A stretch of 64,000 nucleotides of DNA from Torpedo marmorata (lineage: Eukaryota), in the NCBI GenBank assembly GCA_977017645.1, contig OZ360253.1:34968001-35032000 (forward strand). The letters are read 5' to 3'. Position 1 is the stretch's first letter. Each line of letters begins with the position of its first letter. The notes below the pieces were generated by a model, which was not told the origin of the DNA, searched no databases, and worked only from the letters and a program-made list of their open reading frames with translations. Shown here piece after piece: positions 25,652 through 38,496 of the stretch. Position numbers and translations under genes: made by a program.

Positions 25652-26159
25652 CAGGGGTGGCCATACTTGCTTAACACAAGAGCCACATGCAATAAACTTC
25701 AGATGTTTGAGAGCCGCAAGACATTAAAAAATATTACTCTTTTATAAAAAATATTTACTCTTACATGCACATTTTGTTACATAGATTTTATAGAAATATT
25801 AAGAAATACATGTATGTAATAATATTTATTCATGTATGTAGTTTTTAAACTGCTAATTTGTATTAGTTTCAATAATCAAAAAGTACACATACCGTATATA
25901 CGCATGTAATAGTCGAATTTTGTGGTCCAATTTTTCGGGTAAAATTTAGGGGGTCGACTATTACACGCGTACTACTTTTGACCCGGTAAGTATCTGAGTC
26001 ATTCGGGGCCTCGTCAGCTCGGATGGGCGGGTAGCCGGGGCCTAGGCGAAAGTCTGCAGTCGGGAGCTCGGATGGTCTCAGCCAATATATTTCCGTGAGC
26101 TGCATATTATATGTCAAAGAGCCGCATGTGGCTCCTGAGCTGCGGTTTGGCCACCCCTG
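25652..26159. mobile_element. Non-autonomous hAT element with a nested pogo-like fragment
   Basis: TIR CAGGGGTGGCCA; 8-bp TSD ccataact/ccataaat. Confidence 0.85.
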
Positions 26160-27169
26160 CCATAAATGAAGGTCTCGATGCCCCGATCAGGTGAGCTGCA
26201 GGTTTTGGACAGGGTGCAGAAGAGATTTGTGGGATGAGGGACTTCAGTTGCATGGACAAACTGGAGAAGCTAGACCAAGGAAGGTCAAAAATTATCAGAT
26301 GTTCAGTGTAATGATTATGGAAAGCTGCTCCCAATGGAGCAATTTTGGGAGGAGGCGTCAAAACCTAGGGCCCATTAAAGTGAAGGAGACGGCCAAAGGC
26401 AAACGTGACTGGAGGCTATTCTATGCAGGGGATGGTTAGTGCTGGAATATTCTGCCAGAAAAAGATTCAATTGTACCACTGAAAAGGGAGCTGGATAAGT
26501 ATCTGAACGGATTACGTTTGATGAGAGAGAGCTGCTTCCAATTTGACAAGCCAAACACTGAAAACATTCTATGATTCATCAATGATCGTAGGCAGCAACT
26601 GTTTGACAGTGAGGGGCAACAGCCAACTCCACCGGTGTATAATTTCCACTGGAAAGTTGAACAGGAGGAAATCACTAACCCACGCTGAAGCTGCATACTG
26701 GACAAGAAGGCATGAAGTATTGCAGTTTATGCATCTCAGAAAGGTGCTTTTGGAATTACTATGGAGTTCAAGCAATGCCATAATACAATACATTTAGTTC
26801 AGTTTTGCAAAGATATTTGTCATTATGACAGTAATCTGTAAACTGGGAACAACACCAAAAATGGAGAGTTTATAAAGAATGTAGATTAACGAGAGTATAA
26901 AATGAAATCCAGCGGAATATCCTTGAGACAACAGCCCCCAAAAATGGATAGTTTTGGACGAATCCTAATTATTTGTTTAAACATCCAGATATAGAACTTA
27001 CAAGAGTCTACAGTAAATTTCAGTACTTTTGTTTTAAATGATCTTTTGACAGCTTTACTCATGTGTCAGCGAAGGCTTTTCACAACGTGCATAAAGGAAA
27101 TCTCGCACCATTGAAGCCCCTCCACACTTATGTGATGACGAGTTTGACTGCGGCTTTAAAGCTTCTTAC

Positions 27170-27292
27170 CCTGGCTTCACCATCTGGCAGGAAGAGATAT
27201 GCTCCACTTTTATCTTTAAATGACCGTGTCCCGTACCAAACAAACTCCATCCGCACCTTTTGTTCCTGTTGGTCGTCTTTTCTTTTGATGCT
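27170..27292 (-). CDS. MAN2A2: MAN2A2 exon 15
   Basis: SIKRKDDQQEQKVRMEFVWYGTRSFKDKSGAYLFLPDGEAR, 123 nt. Confidence 0.97.
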
Positions 27293-27444
27293 CTGGAAAA
27301 TAAATCGCACAGTTAAAGAGCTACAGCTAAACAACCAGGATGGCCATATTCTACCTGACCTACATCTGTAACAAAGAATAAAATGCATCAGACTGAAAAA
27401 ATGCATCACTAATTCTGGGTTCCAAACTACAGAACTACACACCT

Positions 27445-27688
27445 GTAAAACAAAGTCTGCAGACTCCGTGGTTGAAGTAAAAACATAATAGGTCAAAAAG
27501 TGTACTTTATATCACAAAGATAAAGATACATAAGCAACGTTTCGGGCTTGAGCCCTTCGTCAAGGTATACTTGATAAAGTACCTTGATGAAGGGTTTAAG
27601 CCTGAAATGTTGTTTATGTATCTTTATCTTTGCTATATAAAGTACACTGACCTGCTGAATTTCTCCAGCTTTGAGTTTTTACTTAAAA
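27445..27688. mobile_element. Fold-back Penelope-tail element
   Basis: Inverted tail pair, each arm carrying a hammerhead-type motif. Confidence 0.8.
27529..27569 (-). ncRNA. Putative minimal hammerhead ribozyme (GUU site) in a fold-back element
   Basis: TATACCTTGACGAAGGGCTCAAGCCCGAAACGTTGCTTATG. Confidence 0.5.
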
Positions 27689-27986
27689 CTATATACAGTA
27701 CCTATTGAAGGTCAGCCTCCAAATTGTGAAAGTATAAACTTATTAATTTGTTTTACAAAAAGCTTTTCAATACAAGCAGATTTGCTTAACACCAGAACGT
27801 TGGGAAATAACAACAAACCCAAAAGCACAAATCACTGAAGTCTCTCAATCCAGGTAAAATGCTTCAATCTTGTTCAGCTCTCCTACAGAAATATCTGTAC
27901 ACAATCAAGAATTGCGTACAACTGTCTTAAAATATTCCCACGCATTTCAAGCCAGTGATTTTCTTTATTTCTGGATCGAGACCTAC

Positions 27987-28217
27987 CTCCATCAGTCCAG
28001 TTACTCCATTAAACCACACTTGCATGTGCCGGTTTTCTATGAAGAAATCATTGGTCGAAGACTCCAGGATCTTCACGCTGAATGGCTCCTTCTTACTCAC
28101 AGTTATGTCTCTGTTGCGAAGGTAGATGGCCACGTTGGAATTCACTGGTGCGGTAAATGATTCAGACAGCTGAAACACAGCAAGTCCCAGAGCAGGGAGG
28201 CGAGCAACAAAGGAGAC
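27987..28217 (-). CDS. MAN2A2: MAN2A2 exon 14
   Basis: VSFVARLPALGLAVFQL...ENRHMQVWFNGVTGLME, 231 nt. Confidence 0.95.
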
Positions 28218-28915
28218 CTGAAGTGAAAGACATCATGACGTTATAGTGGAGGTTGCTTCAACAAATTATTTTGTATTGAATAAAGGGGTTCACTCATTGA
28301 AGTTACAAATAGTCACTGATTTTCTTTGCTGAACAAGATGCTTACCATTATTGAAACTAACTTTTGGCTGGAATTCCAGATTTATTAAATTACTTGAATT
28401 TAAATTAAATTAGAACATTTGAGCTCAGGTGAAAGGGGAAAAGTTTAGGAGGAGCATTAGGGGGAACTTCTTCACACAGAGAGTGGTGGGAGTGTGGAAC
28501 GAGCTGCCAGCTGAAGTGGTGAATGCAGGCTCAATTTTAACATTCAAAAAACTTTGGACAGGTACATGGATGGGAGGGGTATGGTCTGGGAGCAGGTCAG
28601 TGGGACTAGGCAGAATAATAGTACAGCACAAACTAGAAGGGCCTGTTTTCTGTGCTGTAATGTTCTATGGTTCTAAGAAATGAAGCATCCCCAGTAACTC
28701 CTGGGAATCTGTCCATGTGGAGAAAGATCATTGTCATGATTTTGGGAATCATGCGGCCGTGTGCTTGGAGCACGCAGAGCCCTGCAAAGGCCTTCAAAAT
28801 ATCAACCTGCTTGGCCCTTCAAGCACCTTCTGTCAAAATGAACACAGCAGGAACATGACAGATAATGAAATTCTAAAACACACAAATAGATTTAGATTCC
28901 CACGCTCTCCACTAC

Positions 28916-29081
28916 CTGGTACGCATCTGTTGCCATATCAGTCGGAGATTTCCACACGGCACTGATCTGTGTGGCCAGATTGCTGCCATCGATTAGTGTA
29001 ACCTTGACCCGTGGCGTGGTGGTGAGAACAGAAATCACACAGAGACGGTCTTGTTCAATGGGATTGAATACAACCACGTAC
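28916..29081 (-). CDS. MAN2A2: MAN2A2 exon 13
   Basis: YVVVFNPIEQDRLCVISVL...QISAVWKSPTDMATDAYQ, 166 nt. Confidence 0.96.
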
Positions 29082-29692
29082 CTAGTAAACACAATACAAG
29101 TCTCACTTAACCAACTTTTGCACTATGATGCTGCTGCAAAACAAAGAATTTCATGACATGTTCATGGCAATAAATTCTGATTCTGACTTAGGATTCATGG
29201 TGGCAAGGCATTGTTATGATGACTTTCAGAACCTTAGGGAGTGCCAAAGTACTTTAGAACCAATGAAGTTTAGTCATTGCTAGGTTTGGCTAAGGAAGGT
29301 AGCTAATTTTCAGAGTACTCAACAGCTCCATCATTCCTTACAAGCAATGAGTCTGCAGCCACCTTCAATATTACAGAAATTTAAAGGCTGATATCAAGAG
29401 TTTCTACGGATATTTCAGAAAGAAAAAAGGTTAAAGCGAGTGTTGGTCCCATAGGAAGGGATTCAGGGGAAATAATAATGGAAACAAAAAGACAGCAGAT
29501 GAAGTAAACAGAAATTTTGCATCACTCTTCACTATGGAGGGTACAAGCAACCTCCCAGAAATAGCTATGAATCAGGAATTAGAATGGAGAACAAAAGAAT
29601 AAAAGAAGCGGGACTGACCAAATCGTTGAAACTGCTCATTCACAGGATTCCACTCTTATGGTCTTAAATAAACTGGCCAGAAGGACAGCTCC

Positions 29693-29930
29693 ACCAATAG
29701 CCTGAATACGACTGGGATTGTCTGATCTCAGAAGCTAAGCAGGCACAGGACTGGTCAGTACTTGGAGGGGAGACCGCCAAGGAACACCAGGTGCTGTAGG
29801 TTTCTGTGAGGGGCGCTGGACAAAGTAGCGACCCTCTGTCTGCCTTACGGTAGACAAAAATTAAAGAATTTCATGTATATTACATTCTAAATGTAGTATT
29901 ACGTGACAATAATGGAACCTTTACCTTTAC
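29693..29930 (+). mobile_element. 5S rRNA-derived SINE (SINE3-type), copy 1
   Basis: gtctgatctcagaagctaagcagg...gtacttggaggggagaccgcc...ggtgctgtagg is the 5S head (box A, box C); non-5S tail ending (ctttac)n. Confidence 0.88.
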
Positions 29931-32004
29931 CGCTTTAGTTTTAATTTTTCCAAAATTTCTTTATTGGGGAAGATTCTAATGGATTGAGAAATAGCAAGGA
30001 CAGCAGGGGAAATTATTGGTTGCTTAATTTTGCAGACAAGGAAAATGTTAGAAGCTAATAAAAACATGGCAGGGCACTTCAGAAAATTCAAAGTAATCAA
30101 GCTATCATCATGGTTTTGTGAAGGAAAAATCAGTGGACCAGATTCTTGGAGTTCCTTGCAAAAGTGACACTTGCTGTGGATAAAGGGGATCCAATGAACG
30201 CACTGTACTTAGATTTCCAGAGAGCAACAGAAGTTATTGCAGATGATTAAAGATCTACATAGGAGATGACATAATGGCACAGACAAAGGATCAGCTCGCT
30301 ATCAGGAAAATGACCGTGGACACAAATGACCTTTTCTGGTTGTAAGACGTAATGAGTGGCAAACAACAGTGGCTGGGGGAACCCAAGTGATTAACAATTT
30401 ATATAACTGACTTTTTTTTTTAGACATACAGCACGGTAACTGGCCATTTCGGCCACGAGTCCGTGCCGCCCAATTTACACCCAATTAACTTTTCGAACAA
30501 TGGGAGGAAACCGGAGTCCCCGGGGAAAACCCAGGCAGACACGGGGAGAACGTACCAACTCCTTACAGACAGCGTGGGATTCGAACCCCGGTCCCGATCG
30601 CTGTAAAGGCATTGCGCTAACGCTAGCCAACCACGCAGCCCCAATGTGTTAAAGGTATGATTGCTAACTTTGCTAATGATACAAAGATGGATAGATAAAT
30701 AGATTGTGAGTAGCAAAAGAATAATAATGTGGCTGGAAAAAATTAAAAAAGGATATTACTTGAGTCGTGTGCGATTGTAGAGTCAAATGCAGAGGGATCT
30801 GTGATTCTTGGCTTGTAAAAGACTGGGTTACAGGTATTGCACATCGGTAGGCTAACAGAATTGTTTTATTGTGAGGGGAACTGAATAAAAAAAAAGCAGC
30901 AAGATTGTTCTTGTATAAATATGGAATCGGGGAGACCACGTCTGGAGCAGTGTGTGCTGTATTATTCAAGGATGTAAATACAACAGGAGCAATTCAAAGA
31001 AAGTTTAAAGTTCAAATTTATTGAATAATAGATGAAAATTTGGATCAGGGAGGTTGTCTTATAAGGTTGTACAAGTTAATAGACTGTCTCCCACTGAGGA
31101 AAGGTCGCACTCGCCACAGATGCTGTCTGATCTGTTGAGTTAGTCCAGCATTTTCTGCTGTTATTTCTGAATAAGCTGAGGATGTTTATTTGGGAGGTTT
31201 AATCAGGATTAAATCTTGAGAAGCCTCGAAGTGATGCACAGAAAGGAAATTTATTCACCAGAGAGGTGATAACTGCAGAATGCAGGTTTTGGATCCTTGG
31301 AGGAAAGGGTAAAGAAGAGGATTTTTATTTTCTCCTAAGAGTAATGGTGCTCTGGAACTGGACTGGATGACAAGTTTAACTGCTGTAACCAATAAAACTA
31401 TGGCCCAAGAACTAGAATGTGGGATTAGTCTCAATTGTTAATTTTTGGTGGGCAAGGAAAGGACGGGCTGAATGGCCTCATGTGCTGACTGTCTATGACA
31501 TTTCTACAACTCTGAATGCACTGGTGACACCTACTCAAACAGAAAACGTGAATTTCCTCAAAGTAAGTTCAATGTTTGGATACAGCCGACAGAAAGGGCA
31601 TTGTACAGTCATCTAACCCCAAGGTGACTGTGATCCATGACCATCTGGACCTATTCAGGGATGAGGGGGGCAAAATAAAGACAACAAAAGGCTCTGTAAA
31701 TTGTTCAACAGACAAATGTTAACTTACGGGTTCTCGTCAGTTACTGAGATAATATTCACCTTCAACCTAAAGCATGCAGATCATCTGATCATTATCACTT
31801 TGAGAACTTGCTCTGTGCACATATCGACTGCTAGATTTTCCACATATCAACGGCAACACCGAACTTCATGACTTGTTCATGACAATAAATTCTGATTCTG
31901 AACTGCATCTCAAAAAAGCTTCTCTGGTGTTCACTGAGATGTCCTGAGGCTTGTTCTATTCAAAATTTACGAAACTCGTTGCCTTAATTAATGTAAATTT
32001 ATAC

Positions 32005-32072
32005 CTGGGAAGAGATTCAAGTTTTATCACCGTTTTCTCTGGTAGTGTATCATGATTTTGGCGTCTGTCATC
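32005..32072 (-). CDS. MAN2A2: MAN2A2 exon 12
   Basis: DDRRQNHDTLPEKTVIKLESLP(R), 68 nt, TTTTAG| acceptor, AG|GTAT donor. Confidence 0.93.
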
Positions 32073-34171
32073 CTAAAATTAAAAAAGAAAAGGCATTATA
32101 ATTCTCAAACATAATCCCCAGTTCCATATATAAATCTGGTACACCACTTGTAAACTGTGACAGGCTCCAGCTCTGATCTGGGAGATTACAGAACATGTGC
32201 CACTTCCAACTGTGGTGTCTGGCCTTAGAATGGAAATGTAATTAAAGCCAGATACATGAATGAGTTCTGCCTTTCCCAAGGGGAGGAGATGTAAGGCACC
32301 AATGTCAGTGTTCAGACTCAACATTTCACTTGGCATACTGACTGGCTAAGAAAAAAGTAACAGGAAATTACTGCAGAAGAGGAAACCCAGGAAAATCGAT
32401 AGCTAGTTTGACTTCAGCTATGCCACTGGATTTCTTGCAGTCTTCTCTTCTGGATATCCAAAAATGGCTGAGGTGCAGACCTCAGATCAAAACAAAGTGG
32501 CAAGACAAAGTTAAATGTCAGGAACAAAGGTAACACCAATCCCAGCGTTGAGAAGTCTGGGATAACTCAGCAGTAACCAATTTATCTGTCCCCAAAAGGA
32601 CCCAAGAAGCAGCAAACGTCTGGCCCAAGGTGGATGAAATTAAAGGAAAAAAAAAAAAAAAAAATAAGTGACAAGATTTGTAACTCGTTTTATAGTACAG
32701 TAATACCTCTGTTATCTGGAATTCAAGCAACCGGCAGCCTCAAGCAACTGGCAAAAAAAATTTGAGGAAAATAAATTGGTAAAAAATACAGAAGTTTAAA
32801 ATTGGTATGCCTCGCCGTTAGTTCGCCACCATGCAATCTCAAGCAACCAGAAAATACACTTATCCGGCATCTACCAATCCCCATACGTGCCGGATACCGG
32901 GGGTTTTACTGTATTTAGGATGAGCTATTATTATTAACAGCCTGAAGACTCAAGCTCTGGATCTAGTCCATTGGTAATGAGATTCCATTCTTGTTTTTGC
33001 ACATCCAAGATGATCGATAAGGGTCGCAGTGGATGTTCTCAAAACAATGTCTAATGATCTGATCTGCATACTTTAGGTTGAAGGATGAATATCAGCTCAG
33101 TAACTGACGAGAATTCACAAGGAAGTATTTGTCTGTTCAAAAATTTGAAGAACCCTTTGTTGTCTTTATTTTTCCCCTCACTTCTAAAGAGTAGCAGGTA
33201 GCTATGGTTCCTGTTACCCAAGGGTTTGATTGCTGCAGTGTCTTTTCTGTTTGGTGTTTCTAAATAGTGAATTCACTGAGAAGTTTGAGCAATTTGCCAG
33301 TTGAGGGATTGAGTATAAAAGTTGAAGTCATGTTGCAACTGTTTTAAACTTTGGTTCAGCCACATTTGAGGTATTATTTAAAATTCTGGTTACCACACTA
33401 TAGGAAGGATGTGGAGGCTTTGAAAAGGGTGCAGAGAGGATCACCAGGGTGTTAAGACAGGATTAGCTCCAAGGAGAAGTTAGACAAATTTGGATTGTTT
33501 TCTCTGAAGCGTGGGAGGCTGAGGGATATATAGAAGTATATCAAATTATGAGAGGGATAGATAGGATAGAGAGAGTTTTTTGTACAGAAGTAGACCTTCC
33601 ATTCAACTCCACCATGATTCACTTACCACATGGAGTAAAAATGTGCAGTAGAGTTACGCAAGGAGGATGTCAGGAGGTATTGAAACAAGAAGAGCCACAA
33701 CTAGAATCTGAAGAGCACTTCGGCCGACCTTAATCACCAGATGCAACTTCTATTGCAAGGGAAATAATGACCAGCAAAGTCCCCCTGGAATCTTAATTGT
33801 GCTCAGCTTTCTTCCCTGTCACTAGTTTAGTGAATCTTCGCTGCACACGTTCTATAAGTACTTCTTCTTGAGTATGGAGACCAAAACTGCACATCAACTC
33901 GAAGGTCGCAATAAGACTTCCTTACTCCTGTAATTAAACCCTCTTGTAATAAAGGCCAAGATATTATTTACTTGCTTGAATACTTCCTGCATGTTGACCT
34001 TTGTACAAGTGAACAATCTCTCACCATTTACCAAATCTTCTGCTTTTCTGTGTTGTACTCCGAAGTGGATGACTTCACAACTTTCTGCATTTTACTACAT
34101 CTGCCATGTTTGCTCACTCAGTTTGAAGCCTCTTCATATCTTTCTGCGTGCCCCACAATCAAGAGAAAAAA

Positions 34172-35005
34172 AAGTGAAACTACACTTCACTTGTACATCC
34201 AGAGAAAAAAATCACCACGGTCCGGGGTCCCAAACAGGCCTTCCAAGTGAAACTACATTTCACTTGTACATCCAGAGAAAAAAAGGCACTTACTACAGGA
34301 TCCCACCACCAGACACATTTTTCCTTCTCCTCCCCTCTCGGCCTTCCGTAGGGACCGCTCCCTCCGCGATTCCCTCGTGCACTCATCCCTCCCCACCCAT
34401 CGCACCCCCGGCACCTTCCCCTGTGCCCGCAGGAGGTGCAACACCTGTGCCCACACCTCCCCCCTCACCAGGGCCCCAAACAGGCCTTCCAAGTGAAACT
34501 ACACTTCACTTGTACATCCAGAGAAAGCAACCTCCCAGTAGCCAACCATTTCAATTCCGTGTCACACTTCCACACTCACATGTCTCTCCATGGCCTTATG
34601 TACTATCCCACCCAGATTACCCGCAAATTGGAGGAACAACATCTCATGTTCCGTCTCAGCACTCTCCAGCCAGATGGCATTAACATTGACTTTTCTGCTT
34701 TCCACTAAACCTGCTTGTCGTTTCCTTCCCCTCCCCCCTCACCTGTCCTTCCTGTTTTTTTCCACCCACCCAGCCATCCCTCCTCCCCCTCTTTGCTGCT
34801 GTCCCCTCCCTCCTTTCTCCACCTATCATCTCCTGCCTTTGCCCCCCCGCCCCCCCACCCTAACTCTTTTGTTCGGACACCTGCCGGCATTTTCTCATAC
34901 TTTGATGAAGGGCTCAAGCCCGAAACGTCGGTTATGTATTTCTACCTTTGCTACATAAAAGACACTGTTTGACCTGATGAGTTTCTCCAGCATTTGTGTT
35001 TTTTG
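34172..35005 (+). mobile_element. Rearranged Penelope-like insertion with reiterated internal segments
   Basis: GIY-YIG region pieces, KLEEQHLMFRL, tail with an intact hammerhead motif. Confidence 0.88.
34896..34936 (+). ncRNA. Putative minimal hammerhead ribozyme, antisense to MAN2A2
   Basis: CATACTTTGATGAAGGGCTCAAGCCCGAAACGTCGGTTATG. Confidence 0.62.
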
Positions 35006-35430
35006 CCTTTCTTAACTTACAGGTTGATGTACCTGTGTTGGACGGAGAGCTAAGAGCAATATAATGAACAGGCACTTTGCAAGGCAGCACTAAGTTAGGT
35101 CTTTGTGTAACTCAACCCTCTGAAACTGAGGACTAATGCAATGATTCTCTGAACCATATTCAGAAACAAACTCAGTATATGAGAGGCAATCTAACAGGCA
35201 GCTCTTAAAGCCAATTCCTCTGATTAGAACAAACTTGTATGTTGGCATCACAGACAAATTAGTTTGGTGCTAACCTGCACTGAACTTTGGAGTCTAATAC
35301 TCAATTTTGGAATACTGCACTCAGCCTATAATTGGATAACAAACAGCCTGTACCTTAGAAAAAGGTGCTCAAATTGGATGTTCAGTTTTTTCAAAAGGGA
35401 TATATTCCAAATATCACAGGTTTAATTTAC

Positions 35431-35545
35431 CAGTTGTAGGAAAAGGGAAGATTCGTCGTATTTGTAGTCATTTTTGCTCTGAAGCACCAAGAAGTGAGCT
35501 GCGTTAATTATCACCCGTTTCAAATTCATGAGAGAGTGAAAAAGC
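35431..35545 (-). CDS. MAN2A2: MAN2A2 exon 11
   Basis: LFHSLMNLKRVIINAAHFLVLQSKNDYKYDESSLFLQL, 115 nt, AG/GT. Confidence 0.94.
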
Positions 35546-35680
35546 CTGAAAAGGAAGAACACTCACATTACACAACATCCCATCAAATCGCAACATGAAG
35601 ACTCGCATTTATACGGCACACCAGCATCTTATCAAGTGTCCAGTCGTCTTTAAATCTTTGGTCATACTCATGTTTATACA

Positions 35681-36165
35681 CCGTATATGTCGTTGTATAG
35701 GACGATCCTCGAAACTTAAAAATGTCAGCTTAAAATTGGGGTCATCCTTTACGCCGACCTAAAATTCTTACCTTGGCGACAAAGTCTCAACACCGCTGCC
35801 ATCTTCCTGCCGGCTCTGACGCAATCTCGCGCATGCCCCGTTAGTTATCAACGAAGTCTCAGCACTCCTCCGCGGGGTCCATCCGCCGTCAGTTCTTTAC
35901 AGGCTTTAAATGGCCTGTTACAGGAGCCGACAGTGGTTAATTTTAAAATGTCCAAATAAAATTAAAACCTTTAAATGATCATTTGTTATTAAAATATTGT
36001 GATTTGCTTTTAACAGTATCCACTGGTCAGTGGTAAGTGCCAGATTTATTTTGGGGGTGGGGGGGGGAGGTCGTTCTATACAAAGGGTATCGCTCAAAAC
36101 CAACATTTTAGGTGGAAATTCCGAGGGTCGTCTTATCCAGTCGTCCTATACAACGGCATATACGG
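35681..36165. mobile_element. Non-autonomous pogo/Tc2-like DNA transposon
   Basis: TIR CCGTATATGYCGTTGTATAGGACGA; sister copies at about 37743-38224 and 50670-51107. Confidence 0.82.
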
Positions 36166-36644
36166 TACTGTCCCAGCAGGTTCCTCTTAGTGCTCTCTAA
36201 AATCCTCAGGTTTGGCATTAAGAGTGGGAACTTTATATAACATCCCTCTGAGTTAACTTGGCAAGTATAAACTGCTATAATAAGACTTCATTAGTCTTCA
36301 TACACAAGGCCACTACTACACAGTTCAACGTCAGGAACATTTACACACTTTGGTATTTATTTCTGTAACAGCAGACCTTGTCCCTGAGGAATAGGAATAA
36401 AAATTCTATACAGTAAAAGCAAGCTGGGAAGATTAATCACCAATGGTGCACTTTGTTCACATTCTACTTCAGGGCCCCCAACCCTTGGGTCGTGCCAATC
36501 TCACCACACATGCTTTCATGCCAGGCTAACAGGAACCATTTGTGTGTGTACTTAATGTTCAGAATGCAGCGATGGACTTCCAAACTAATAATACCCAGTA
36601 TTGCTCAAATTGGGAATTTTAGTCTCATTAAAAGAAACAGGTAC

Positions 36645-36827
36645 CTGAGCCCGTAGTCAACAACCACAACTTCTTTCGAGGTGCCAGTAATGGCATCATG
36701 GTGCTGGAACAAGCCTACGTTTCGCCGAGCTTCTGTTAAGAAGTGATAATCAGAAACTGGGTACTTAATGTCTACACCAGTGTGGCGAGCATGATTCAAG
36801 GCCAAACTGTAGAGGATCTCAGCTGCT
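36645..36827 (-). CDS. MAN2A2: MAN2A2 exon 10
   Basis: AAEILYSLA...[28 protein letters not shown], containing the Zn-ligand His of QHHD; 183 nt. Confidence 0.97.
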
Positions 36828-37161
36828 CTGCATTAAAACAACAGGGTTCACAGAAGGCTGATGTTATTTACCAAATATACTCACACACACTCCATGTTAG
36901 CAAAAATGTACAGGTGGAAGTCATTCAGTTCAATACTCTAGCCAAAACTCCTGAACTGTCACTCACTAAAAATAAAGTTTGACTTTCCCTCTTTCTGAGC
37001 TCTCCCTAATCTCCTCTGCCCAATTGTTTTCTTTTTTTTTTACATCTACTACATTTTATGTTGTAATTGTTTTCTCAAGAGCTTCTCAATCATTTTCAGT
37101 ACAACACTATGAAAGCAGCAGGAGCAGAAGTGCTTGCACATGCCCTGTGGAGGCTCCTTAC

Positions 37162-37364
37162 CTGAGATGTGATTCCAGCACTCGGTCCAGATTCTTATAG
37201 AAAGGTCTCGACGTAAAATATCCACTCCAATAATGATCCTCACGATCGGCATATGTGAAGAAGTCACCACTGAGGACCGGGTAGGATGGAGGTTTGCTGC
37301 CAGGGTTGACACCATTTGCCTTGTAAACTGCACCAAAGTATTCAGATAGGGATCCAAACTGTAT
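37162..37364 (-). CDS. MAN2A2: MAN2A2 exon 9
   Basis: [10 protein letters not shown]...[37 protein letters not shown], 203 nt, AG/GT. Confidence 0.97.
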
Positions 37365-38318
37365 CTGGAAGTGAACAACAGACATTCAGGACACCACATG
37401 AGCAAATAATGTCTTTCACCCTCAAATGTTTCTCCCCAGTTTTCCCTAATTTCCCACGATAGGCTTCCAACTTCAGTTTATTTTTTTGGTGGTCCTCGAG
37501 TACTTTTACCAGAGAAGATAATTCTTCCATGAGTGTTGCAGACGATGCAATCGTGGAAGCCATCAAGGCCGAGTTCAATTTGACCTCAAACTGCAATGTG
37601 CTCCCAGGTTTTTTTCCTACAGCAGCAACTGACAGACAGAATTCCAGTAATTTCCCCTCAGCTATCCCAGACACCGCAACCTCCTGTTGTCCCAATCAGT
37701 ATCCTGGCTAAGTAACTGAGTGCAGAGAGTGGATCGGAAATACCGCATATGCCGTTGTATAGGACAACCCGAAACTTAAAACTTTCACCTTAAAATCGAG
37801 TCGTCCTATACAAAGAGTCTAAAATTCTTACCTTGACAACAAAGTCTCAACACCGCCGCCATCTTCCCACCGGCTCTGACGCAATCTCGCGCATGCCCCG
37901 TTAGTTATTTGCGGTCTCAGCGCTCCCCCGCGGGGTCCATCTGCCCGGTCCAACTGCTATTGGCTCTGTACAGCCTTTAAACAGCCTGTTACATGTGCCG
38001 ACAGTGGTTTATTTTAAAATATCCAAATAAAATATAAACCCTTAAATGATAATTTGTTATCTAAATATTGTGATTTGGCTTTTAACAGCATCCGCTGGTC
38101 AGCGGTAAGTGCCAGATTTGGGGGGGCCGTCTTATACAAAGGGTATCGCTCAAAACCACCATTTTTGGTGGAAATTCCAGGGTTGTCCTTTACACGAGTC
38201 GTCCTAGACACTGGCATGTAGGGGTATTTCTGATCAGCACAGCTCATAGCTAGAGACTTTAGAAATAAACCAATGGAATCTGAACCAGCAAAACCTGCTC
38301 TCAACACAGAGGACTTAC

Positions 38319-38496
38319 TTGCACATGGAGGTCTGGGTGAGAGTTCATGTAGTTGAAGAGCTTCTCATAATTCTGGAACTGCTGGTCCCACTCCAGAGCT
38401 TTGTCATATCGAAAGTCATCTCCAAGCGGAATCAGAACAACTTTGCTTTTATATAGTTTGGACTTTTTCCGGTATTGATCCAAAAGTAAATTTGCC
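38319..38496 (-). CDS. MAN2A2: MAN2A2 exon 8
   Basis: [43 protein letters not shown]...LHVQ, 178 nt, donor GTAAGT. Confidence 0.97.

Noticed and set aside
29693-29810. Functional 5S rRNA genes (also 41605-41720)
   Set aside because: The 5' end is altered, there are many substitutions, there is no tandem array, and both are fused to the same retroposon tail.
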